A stretch of DNA of 64,000 nucleotides, taken from assembly GCA_943789445.1 (NCBI GenBank), contig CALSUC010000001.1:468758-532757 (forward strand). Reading direction: 5' to 3'. The notes under the pieces were generated by a model. It was not told where the DNA came from. It worked only from the letters and a program-made list of their open reading frames with translations, and ran no database searches. Of the stretch, positions 17,771-25,784 are shown piece by piece. Position 1 is the stretch's first letter. Each line of letters begins with the position of its first letter. The translations under genes and the position numbers were made by a program. Source of the DNA: an uncultured Gammaproteobacteria bacterium (GTDB lineage Bacteria > Pseudomonadota > Gammaproteobacteria > UBA4575).

Positions 17771-18538
17771 TTAATAGTCCTGGATTTCGACAGATTGCAG
17801 TCGTCCAGTTTTTATATCGTCAAGGTTAGGTAGTAATTCGTAGGCGACTAAGTCTTGCCCACATTGACTCTTCTTAGTTTTAATTTTCTGCCACCAAGCC
17901 GCTACATTTTGATGTTTATTGATTAAATCAACATGTCCAGCAACAACTATGAGGTGGATGTAAGCCGTCCAATGTAGGTCGGCCCAGGTGTATTTATCAC
18001 AGACGATGTATTTGTTATTGCGTAATTGATTATCTAATGCGCTTAGATAGAGGTCCAGCCTGCTGAGTTGCTCTGCATCATTGCCTGTCGTCCCATTGAC
18101 CTCTTTATTGATCAAGTATTCTGCGACTGGCGCAAACTGCTTAATCGCAATGTCACTCCAATAATTTTGCATGGCTACAAGAGCCGCATTCAGCGGAGAG
18201 AGGCTATAACCTAAACCGCGTGCGTCGATGAAGGCAAGGATTGCTTTAGTACCACAGACCATGAAATCGGCCTCTTTAAGGCATGGTGTGATACCAAAAG
18301 GAGATATTTTTTGGAACTCAGCTTGAAATTCTTCTGCTGCCATCTTGTCTGTATTATAGGAATTCATCTCCATGCCTTGTTCACCAGCCGTGAGCAAGCA
18401 CTTCAAAGTATTAGCATCGATAGGTGTACCTAATAGTTCTAGGATGTACTGGGTCTTTTTCAGATCACCAGACAGGCCATATTTTGATGTGTCAGCCATG
18501 CCTGCTTGTGATGCCATTTTTTCGAATAGATCGGTCAT
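17771..18538 (-). CDS. glutathione S-transferase-fold protein (atypical)
   Basis: ISPFGITPCL (cis-Pro loop), YIVCDKYTWADL (N-capping box), NVAAWW. Confidence 0.8.
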   Translation of the reverse strand: MTDLFEKMASQAGMADTSKYGLSGDLKKTQYILELLGTPIDANTLKCLLTAGEQGMEMNSYNTDKMAAEEFQAEFQKISPFGITPCLKEADFMVCGTKAILAFIDARGLGYSLSPLNAALVAMQNYWSDIAIKQFAPVAEYLINKEVNGTTGNDAEQLSRLDLYLSALDNQLRNNKYIVCDKYTWADLHWTAYIHLIVVAGHVDLINKHQNVAAWWQKIKTKKSQCGQDLVAYELLPNLDDIKTGRLQSVEIQDY

Positions 18539-18576
18539 ATTAATTCCTTCTTAAATTCAGTTAGGCTTTGCTCTGA

Positions 18577-19188
18577 CTAAGTTGCATGCGCTTGAAGTTT
18601 TTCAGCGTGGTGAGGGATCCTGTCTTGCATCTGTATTAACCAGGCGGAAAGGTGTGTCAGTGACGTTAGGCTGTCGCTGATTCTTTCTTCTATTGCCCGA
18701 TAGGCGGCCAACCAGTGGATGTCAGCTAGTGTGAATTCGCCAACCATAAAAGAGTCTACTGACAGCTGTTTATCAACAGCTGTCAGTATCGTTTTTATCG
18801 CATCTTTATTGCCTTCAAAATCTGAAAGTAAGGGCTTCAATTTATCGTCAAGTAATTGAATCCAATAATTTTGTTGGGCAAGAACTCGCGCTTTCTTAGG
18901 GTGTACTGCTGGTGCACTACCTTTGATGTTGAGATAGCCAAGTAAAGCATCAGCCCGGCTCATGGTGATATCTTGATCTTCAATGATCGGTAGGCTATCT
19001 GTTTCTTTTAGATTCAAAGAATTCGAGAGGTTGCTGTCAAGAGCGCTGGCCTCGGACCAAGAGATATCAAGGTCCAGGTTCCGATGAGTTGCCAATAAGA
19101 TACATTTGAATGAATCGATGTCATTCGGCTTGCAAATCAACTTAGGCGACTGCTTTTTATTACTGCTCTTACGTGAAAAGAATCCCAT
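18577..19188 (-). CDS. second glutathione S-transferase-fold protein (atypical paralog)
   Basis: LPIIEDQD, AQQNYW, FMVGEFTLADI, HLSAWL; ATG at 19188 preceded by an AGGGGA RBS. Confidence 0.75.
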   Translation of the reverse strand: MGFFSRKSSNKKQSPKLICKPNDIDSFKCILLATHRNLDLDISWSEASALDSNLSNSLNLKETDSLPIIEDQDITMSRADALLGYLNIKGSAPAVHPKKARVLAQQNYWIQLLDDKLKPLLSDFEGNKDAIKTILTAVDKQLSVDSFMVGEFTLADIHWLAAYRAIEERISDSLTSLTHLSAWLIQMQDRIPHHAEKLQAHAT

Positions 19189-19273
19189 GGCGCTATCCCC
19201 TATTAGAGTGAAAAACCTCATATCTACTGTAAAAAAGATTACAAATGAGGATTATCTTTGCTGTTGAGGATGA

Positions 19274-19315
19274 ATGTTATTACACGGTTTTGAGGCCTAT
19301 CTTGATCTAGGTCAT
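19274..19315 (-). promoter_or_regulatory. FNR/Anr box with a -10 hexamer (class II activated promoter) for the GST-GST-monooxygenase operon
   Basis: Minus strand ATGAC-CTAG-ATCAA (19315-19302), 8/10 to TTGAT-N4-ATCAA; TAACAT at 19279-19274 puts the box centre at -41.5. Confidence 0.7.
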
Positions 19316-19411
19316 AAAGCACCAAACTAATTACAGTGTTCCCTGTAATGGTGTATTCTATTAACTATTGTTTTGAGTGATTTTGGCTGGTAGGAGTGAT
19401 GGCGCGGTGAG

Positions 19412-20149
19412 ATGAATAAAGACGATCAAAATACAGAGGAAAGGCGATGTGCTAATTGCTATTTAGCTGGGCTCTGTTTACCTCGCGCGCTGGGAAAAGA
19501 TGATTTACTGATGCTTGATGCAGCTATTAGTAGGCGAAAAACCTTGTATAAGGCTGATGCCATCTTTCATCAAGGCACTGAATCAGGCTGTATCTATGCG
19601 ATACGTTCAGGCGCGGTTCGGACCTATACCACAGCAAAAAATGGTGATGAACAGACCTTAGGCTTTCATTTGCCGGGAGATATTCTTGGGCTGGATGGCT
19701 TGGATAATAAGATTCATAGCTGTTCTGGCGTAACATTGGCTACATCGACGATCTGTGAGATTCCTCTCAAAGAGCTGCACATGCTCTGTATTAAAATGCC
19801 CGGTCTACAAAGGCAGTTGCTACATGTGCTAGGTGAGGAGATCAGTAAGGACCACACCATGTTGCTGATGCTGGCACGGTGTAATGCCGATCAAAAGTTG
19901 GCCATATTCTTCACCGATCTCTCTGAGCGGTTTGGAGAGCGTGGGTTTTCTACATGCGAATTTGAATTAACGATGACACGCAGTGAAATCGCGAATTATC
20001 TGGGTTTGGCCGATGAGACCATCAGTCGTTTGATCGCGCGATTCAAAGATAAAAACCTGATTCAGGTGCAGAGAAAAAGCATTAGGATTATAGCGAGAGA
20101 CCGGATGATTGAACTCGCTGAAGGGGAGTGCAGCCTGGATGAGGTTTAG
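19412..20149 (+). CDS. fnr: FNR/Anr oxygen-sensing CRP-family regulator
   Basis: N-terminal CANCYLAGLC cluster, fourth Cys in TICEIP, HTH MTRSEIANYLGLADETISR. Confidence 0.93.
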   Translation: MNKDDQNTEERRCANCYLAGLCLPRALGKDDLLMLDAAISRRKTLYKADAIFHQGTESGCIYAIRSGAVRTYTTAKNGDEQTLGFHLPGDILGLDGLDNKIHSCSGVTLATSTICEIPLKELHMLCIKMPGLQRQLLHVLGEEISKDHTMLLMLARCNADQKLAIFFTDLSERFGERGFSTCEFELTMTRSEIANYLGLADETISRLIARFKDKNLIQVQRKSIRIIARDRMIELAEGECSLDEV

Positions 20150-20183
20150 TCGTGGTGTTTGACCGTCTGTTTAAGCTGTAGGC

Positions 20184-21263
20184 TTAAACGTACTCGCGTC
20201 TCACATGTGCTGCGATACGACAGAGCAATTCATAAGTAATAGTATTAGCGGCTTCAGCAATGTCAGCTACCGGGATATCGTCTCCCCAGAGCTCTATGTG
20301 TTCACCAATCTCACAGTCGCAATCACTCAGATCAATCGTGATCATATCCATGGAAACACGGCCTAATACGTCACAGAGACGGCCTCGTACGCTGACTGGG
20401 ACAGTTTTTTCTAGGCTGCGTGGATAGCCATCAGCATAGCCTATAGCCACGATACCTATGCGCATATCCTGTGGGCAGGTATAGCTACCACCATAACCGA
20501 TACGGTCGCCTTGCTTGACCTGTTTGATCGCAATGACAGGTGCACGCACCGACATCACCGGTTTGAGTTCACTGACATCTGGGTGACTTTGTTCATTTTG
20601 GAATGGTGAGATGCCATAGAGTGCTAGACCTGGACGTATCCAGTCGCGCTGTGTTTTTGGGTAGGCGAAACTGGCGGCTGAGTTGGCGATGCTTCTTTCA
20701 CAACCCTCTATGCCTGCAATAGCCTGATCAAAATTGGCCTGCTGACGGTAGGTGCTCGCTTCATCAAGGATGTCGGCATTCGCTAAATGTGTCATTAGGC
20801 GTATTTTGCTGACGTTACTGCAATTGACTAATTGTTGATAGACCGTCTGTGCTTCTTCCTGAGAAAAGCCGAGACGGCTCATGCCGGTATCGATTTTTAA
20901 CCAAATACAGAGCCCCTGTTTTAACTTCTCTGAGCGTAATAGTGCGATCTGGTGTTCACTGTGCACTACCGCTTGAATATTACTGTTAGAAAAGTCTCTT
21001 AATTCCTGCTGATTAGCAAAGCCCTGAAGACAAATAATGGGATGTAATATACCGGCGCTACGTAATGTTAAGGCCTCATTGATGCAGGCGACGGCAAAGG
21101 CATCGCTTTGGTTCAAGGCCTGCGCCGTTTTAATCAGTCCGTGCCCATAGGCATCTGCTTTGACCACTGCCATCACTTTGGCATTAGGCGCATATGATCG
21201 AATCAAATTAAGGTTGTGGGTCAGCGATTCTAATCGTATCAGCGCATGGGCTGAACGGATCAT
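20184..21263 (-). CDS. alr: alanine racemase
   Basis: PLP motif VMAVVKADAYGHG, LKIDTGMSRLG, GYADGYPR, GRVSMDM. Confidence 0.97.
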   Translation of the reverse strand: MIRSAHALIRLESLTHNLNLIRSYAPNAKVMAVVKADAYGHGLIKTAQALNQSDAFAVACINEALTLRSAGILHPIICLQGFANQQELRDFSNSNIQAVVHSEHQIALLRSEKLKQGLCIWLKIDTGMSRLGFSQEEAQTVYQQLVNCSNVSKIRLMTHLANADILDEASTYRQQANFDQAIAGIEGCERSIANSAASFAYPKTQRDWIRPGLALYGISPFQNEQSHPDVSELKPVMSVRAPVIAIKQVKQGDRIGYGGSYTCPQDMRIGIVAIGYADGYPRSLEKTVPVSVRGRLCDVLGRVSMDMITIDLSDCDCEIGEHIELWGDDIPVADIAEAANTITYELLCRIAAHVRREYV

Positions 21264-22657
21264 GAGGGGATCTCGCCAGAATAGATCTCAGGGATGTAGT
21301 TTTCAAAGCGAGTATAAGGACCGAGAAACGTTAATCGGGTCTTGAATATAGGACCATTACGTTGTTTGGCGACGATAATTTCAGCGGTGCCTTTATCTGG
21401 ACTGTCATCGTTATAGACTTCATCACGATAGATGAAGACGATTAAGTCGGCATCTTGCTCAATCGCACCTGATTCACGTAAATCAGACATTTGGGGGCGC
21501 TTGTCTGGGCGTTGTTCCAAACTACGGTTTAGCTGTGATAGTGCGATCACCGGACATTCCATCTCTTTTGCTAGCGCCTTCAATGAGCGTGAGATCTCAG
21601 AAACATCGTTGGTACGGTTTTCTGTGCTGTTGTTGATTTGCATCAACTGCAGATAATCGACCACGATCAGGGCTAAACCATGTTCACGCTTGAGTCGACG
21701 TGCACGCGCACGCAGTTCGGTTGGGCCAAGTGCCGCACTGTCATCGATGAAAAGCTTTGCCTCAGAGAGCATAGAGACGGCGCTGGTGAGTCGCGGCCAG
21801 TCTTGGTCTTCGAGCTTGCCGGTACGTAGGCGTTGCTGATTAATGCGCCCAATCGAAGACAGGATACGCATAGTCAGCTGCTCTGCTGGCATCTCCATAC
21901 TGAAGATGGCGACACAGCCTTGGTTTTGGATGGCGGCATACTCGGCCATATTCATCGCTAACGAGGTCTTACCCATCGATGGGCGGCCAGCAAGGATCAC
22001 TAAGTCACCTTTTTGTAGGCCGGCAGTATTTTCATCAAATTCATCAAAGCCGGTGGCTAGACCGGTAATTGAGCTGTCTTGCTCCGATAACATGTCGATC
22101 TTTTCGACTGTTGCCTTAAGTAAATCTTTGATGCCGATAAAGCCGGTGTAACGACTCGCACCCTGATCACCAATACGGAGTATTTTTTGCTCGGCAAGAT
22201 CGAGTAGTTCAGTGCTGTCTCGGCCCTGCGACTGATAGGCTGATCCAGCAATATCGGTGCCGATACTGGCTAGTTGCCTTAAAATTGATTTTTCACGGAC
22301 GATGTCGGCATATGCGACGATATTTGCTGCTGTTGGCGTCTCTTTAGCCAGTGTTGCGATGTATGCAGAGACGTTTTTGGCGTTAAAGGAGCCTGATTCT
22401 GCCGATTGTTTGATCTTATCGGAGAGGGTAACGACATCAAAGGGTTGGTTATGGTAAGCCAACTCACTAATGGCGCGAAAGATAACGCGGTGGTCGAATA
22501 GGTGGAAGTCATCTTCAACTAGGACATCGGCGATCTGATCCCAGCTACTGTTTTCCAGCATTAAGCCGCCAAGCACGGCTTGCTCTGCCTCTAGAGAATA
22601 CGGCGGAGTACGCAGTGATTCTGCGTTAGGCGCTGTGCTTGAATTCGACTCCGCCAT
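21260..22657 (-). CDS. dnaB: replicative DNA helicase
   Basis: PPYSLEAEQAVLGGL, GRPSMGKT, IVVDYLQL, SDLRESGAIEQDAD; no intein. Confidence 0.98.
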   Translation of the reverse strand: MAESNSSTAPNAESLRTPPYSLEAEQAVLGGLMLENSSWDQIADVLVEDDFHLFDHRVIFRAISELAYHNQPFDVVTLSDKIKQSAESGSFNAKNVSAYIATLAKETPTAANIVAYADIVREKSILRQLASIGTDIAGSAYQSQGRDSTELLDLAEQKILRIGDQGASRYTGFIGIKDLLKATVEKIDMLSEQDSSITGLATGFDEFDENTAGLQKGDLVILAGRPSMGKTSLAMNMAEYAAIQNQGCVAIFSMEMPAEQLTMRILSSIGRINQQRLRTGKLEDQDWPRLTSAVSMLSEAKLFIDDSAALGPTELRARARRLKREHGLALIVVDYLQLMQINNSTENRTNDVSEISRSLKALAKEMECPVIALSQLNRSLEQRPDKRPQMSDLRESGAIEQDADLIVFIYRDEVYNDDSPDKGTAEIIVAKQRNGPIFKTRLTFLGPYTRFENYIPEIYSGEIPS

Positions 22658-22682
22658 CTAAATACTTATAGACCGGCTAAAA

Positions 22683-23135
22683 CTAGTCTTCAGCGACGAT
22701 GTTGACTGTAATCGTGGCATTGATATCCGTGTGCAGGTGTAATTCAACACTGTGCTCACCAATGGTACGAAACGCACCATCTGGCATACGAACTTCACGT
22801 TTCTCAACACTTTGACCTGCTCGTGCAATCGCTGCAAGGACATCGATATTGTTGATAGAACCGAATAACTTACCGTCACTAGCTTCTTTTGCTGGGATAG
22901 TGATGGTGAGGCCGTCTAATGACGCTTTGCGTTCTTCTGCAGCAGCAATAGCGGCGGCAGCGGCAGCTTCTAGCTCACTACGACGGGCCTCAAATTCTGC
23001 GATGTTGGCAGCAGTAGCAAATTTTGCACGACCCTGAGGGATCAGATAATTACGTGCATAGCCTGAGCGTACGCTGACTTTATCGCCAAGTTCACCTAGG
23101 TTTTCGACTTTATTTAATAGGATGACTTCCATCAT
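22683..23135 (-). CDS. rplI: 50S ribosomal protein L9
   Basis: MEVILL.KVENLG.LGD.V.V.SGYARNYLIPQG, GKLFGS. Confidence 0.98.
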   Translation of the reverse strand: MMEVILLNKVENLGELGDKVSVRSGYARNYLIPQGRAKFATAANIAEFEARRSELEAAAAAAIAAAEERKASLDGLTITIPAKEASDGKLFGSINNIDVLAAIARAGQSVEKREVRMPDGAFRTIGEHSVELHLHTDINATITVNIVAED

Positions 23136-23168
23136 TTTTCCTCTATATTCAATAACTTACTGTAATAT

Positions 23169-24059
23169 TCAGTGTGATATGCGCGAACGCAGATTTGATA
23201 AACTATCGATCAAGCCAAACAACACAATTAATAGCATCGTCTGGGGAATGAAAATCACAAGTAGATAGCTAATTATTAACCATAGCTTGCCTTTTGTCAT
23301 GGCTCGCGTGATGGCATGTATAGCGTTCATACCCTGTAAAAAGAACAGGATGCCGATGATTCCACTCAATTGCGCTAGAAATACCGACTGTGTTGCAAAA
23401 GCGGCAGCAGTCGTCAGTATCGTAGCGACGGCGAGCACCTTACTTAAGGAGATCTCACCATGTTCTATCTCCGCCTCGTCAGTATTACGAACTAAGGCGT
23501 GTAACCAATGCGCAAATAACAGCGCAATACTATGCATTAATAAGGCCGAGCTAATAACAAGCCCAGTCATAAACTGCGCTAGCCTACCAATCACTGCATC
23601 CATCTGTACGGGTGACAGTGCTGTATTGGCCTGCATAGCAGTCAATAACTCTTGTAATAACTGCGTCCAGATCTGTTCAATATCTGGTAGCAGGCGTATT
23701 ACGCCGATAAATACCACTAGTGCTATAACTACTGCCGTCTGTAAGGCAACAGAGAGTGAGCGACTGCGAGTATAAAGGCTAGCTAGTACCAAGCCTGGTA
23801 GTAATTGTGCTACCCCCATGGCTATCCCGATCAGAGGGTTAGCACTAGCAAATCCAGTAAACACGGTTAGTGCAAGCGTGCAGGCAACAGCTATATAGAG
23901 TGCCTGCCGTGAGCCTGCATGGAGTACGACTAACATGATTGCCGTACTGCTAAATAGTGCGCTTAAAGGCAGCATCAGTGCTAATAGACATAAGGCTAAT
24001 AGCGAACCGAAGGCGGCTAAACGACTTGAAACAATAAAACTAGCAAGGCCTTTGAGCAT
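23169..24059 (-). CDS. DUF2232-like multi-pass membrane protein
   Basis: Polytopic hydrophobic protein in the rpsR-rplI slot, where Pseudomonas-like genomes carry this gene. Confidence 0.7.
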   Translation of the reverse strand: MLKGLASFIVSSRLAAFGSLLALCLLALMLPLSALFSSTAIMLVVLHAGSRQALYIAVACTLALTVFTGFASANPLIGIAMGVAQLLPGLVLASLYTRSRSLSVALQTAVVIALVVFIGVIRLLPDIEQIWTQLLQELLTAMQANTALSPVQMDAVIGRLAQFMTGLVISSALLMHSIALLFAHWLHALVRNTDEAEIEHGEISLSKVLAVATILTTAAAFATQSVFLAQLSGIIGILFFLQGMNAIHAITRAMTKGKLWLIISYLLVIFIPQTMLLIVLFGLIDSLSNLRSRISH

Positions 24060-24101
24060 ACTGCTTTGCTTTAGCCGCCCGACTAGCGGGTGGCAATGCC
24101 T

Positions 24102-24326
24102 CTAGTGTTGGTCGCTAAACGGTAATAGGGCTAAGTAACGCGCGCGTTTTACGGCGGTTGTTAGTTGGCGCTGGTAACGTGCTTTTGTACCAGTAATACG
24201 GCTAGGTACAATTTTTCCGGTTTCAGTGATGAAGTCTTTTAGCAACTCAACATCTTTGTAATCGATGTTCTTGATGCCTTCTTCAGTGAAACGGCAATAT
24301 CTTCTACGACGAAAGTAACGGGCCAT
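24102..24326 (-). CDS. rpsR: 30S ribosomal protein S18
   Basis: [35 protein letters not shown]. Confidence 0.98.
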   Translation of the reverse strand: MARYFRRRRYCRFTEEGIKNIDYKDVELLKDFITETGKIVPSRITGTKARYQRQLTTAVKRARYLALLPFSDQH

Positions 24327-24327
24327 C

Positions 24328-24777
24328 TTATTTCTCCTCGCTGGCAGCTTCTGCTGCTGGTGCGTCTTCTGCTGCTGGCGCTTCTGTTACTGGCGCTTCT
24401 GCTGCTTCTTTAGCAGGGGCAGTATCGGTTTCTTTGTTGTCACGTTCACGATCTTTTTCCAAAGTTTTCATCATTGGTGAAGGCTCGGTGATCGCTTCTT
24501 TGCAGACTAGTGTCATCTGGCGCAGTACGGCGTCATTGAAACGGAAAGCACTAGTAAGTTCATCCAGTGTTTCTTGATTGGTTTCAATATTCATCAACAC
24601 GTAGTGTGCTTTTAGACTCTTGTTGATTGGGTAGGCTAGGATACGGCGACCCCAGTCTTCTACACGATGGATTTTGCCACTACCGGCTTCAATCATCGTT
24701 TTATAGCGATCGACCATAGCCGATACTTGTTCACTCTGGTCAGGATGGACCAAGAATACGATTTCGTAATGTCGCAT
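24328..24777 (-). CDS. rpsF: 30S ribosomal protein S6 (true start 24777)
   Basis: [38 protein letters not shown]; AGGAGC RBS. Confidence 0.97.
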   Translation of the reverse strand: MRHYEIVFLVHPDQSEQVSAMVDRYKTMIEAGSGKIHRVEDWGRRILAYPINKSLKAHYVLMNIETNQETLDELTSAFRFNDAVLRQMTLVCKEAITEPSPMMKTLEKDRERDNKETDTAPAKEAAEAPVTEAPAAEDAPAAEAASEEK

Positions 24778-24909
24778 ATAAGCTCCTTTTGGTCTTGGCT
24801 TTCCAGGTTCACTGGTAAAGCAAGGCAGCGCTGTCAAATTGTAATAGTATGCTGAACTGATCAGCATATAAGAGCGCCGAAGTGTACGCGAGGGGTGGCT
24901 AAGATTCAA
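24778..24909 (-). promoter_or_regulatory. rpsF promoter and structured leader (probable S6:S18 autoregulation)
   Basis: TTGAAT (24909-24904), 17 nt, TACACT (24886-24881); leader hairpin CTTGCTTTACCAG-TGAAC-CTGGAAAGCCAAG just before the RBS. Confidence 0.6.
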
Positions 24910-25003
24910 TCAACTTGTTTGGCTTTCTACCTAGCCTTTTCAGTTGGCTTTGGGACTGATTTCAGTCTGAAAGCGATGATTCGTAAGATTTTCTCAGAAT
25001 TCG

Positions 25004-25747
25004 CTAGTTTTGGCGTTGGCGCACGGCCTCATACAGAAATAGGGCGCTGGCGGTAGAGACATTCAGGCTCTCGACCACGCCTGACATGGGTAGGGCGCAG
25101 AGGTGATCGCAGGTCTCGCGGGTAAGGCGTCGTAGACCTTGACCTTCTGCACCCATGACCAGCACGGTGGGTAAGGCAAGATCCGCACTATATAAGGTTT
25201 GGCCTGACTCACCATCCGCGCCAACCAGCCAGACACCAAGCTTTTTTAGCGCTTCTAAATGTCTAACTAGATTGATTGTTCTTACGATCGGTACGGTAAT
25301 CGAGCCACCGCTAGCGATTTTGTGTGCAGCAGGTGTTAAAGGTGCACTATTACGTTGTGGCATCAAGATCGCATCCACTCCAGCGGCATCGGCGGTACGT
25401 AAGATCGCACCTAAGTTCTGTGGATCGCTGACTTCGTCCAATGCCAATAACAGCACTGCTTTATCGGACTGTTCAACTTGTTGTAGTAAATCAAACTCGT
25501 CTAATAGAGGGGTAGCAAGACAAACGGCGGCAATACCTTGATGCTGGCTGCCTTCACAAATGCGGTCTAGCTTATCGCGTTGTACCGGTTGTACTGCGAT
25601 GCCCAGTGATTTGGCTTGGCTGATTAAGGCTTCAACACGTGGATTTTTTTTGTTCTGCTCTAACCATAGAGATTGCACCCGTTCAGGTTGACGATTGAGT
25701 AGGGTTGCAACCGTATGTATGCCGGGTAGCGTTTCAGTCTTGCTCAT
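25004..25747 (-). CDS. rlmB: 23S rRNA Gm2251 methyltransferase
   Basis: HQGIAA, LDEVSDPQNLGAILRTADAAG, SPOUT motifs GAEGQGLR and SLNVS. Confidence 0.96.
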   Translation of the reverse strand: MSKTETLPGIHTVATLLNRQPERVQSLWLEQNKKNPRVEALISQAKSLGIAVQPVQRDKLDRICEGSQHQGIAAVCLATPLLDEFDLLQQVEQSDKAVLLLALDEVSDPQNLGAILRTADAAGVDAILMPQRNSAPLTPAAHKIASGGSITVPIVRTINLVRHLEALKKLGVWLVGADGESGQTLYSADLALPTVLVMGAEGQGLRRLTRETCDHLCALPMSGVVESLNVSTASALFLYEAVRQRQN

Positions 25748-25784
25748 GATTTCTTTTCTTTAAGGGATGGTGGCCTGTCGCTAG

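Noticed and set aside
24328-24430. Imperfect 15-18 nt repeats at the rpsF 3' end and the poly-Ala stretch in rplI
   Set aside because: Ordinary low-complexity protein tails and helices, not a repeat array or CRISPR
24778-24909. 44-codon N-terminal extension of rpsF in the ORF track
   Set aside because: It covers the promoter and leader; the canonical MRHYE start at 24777 has its own RBS
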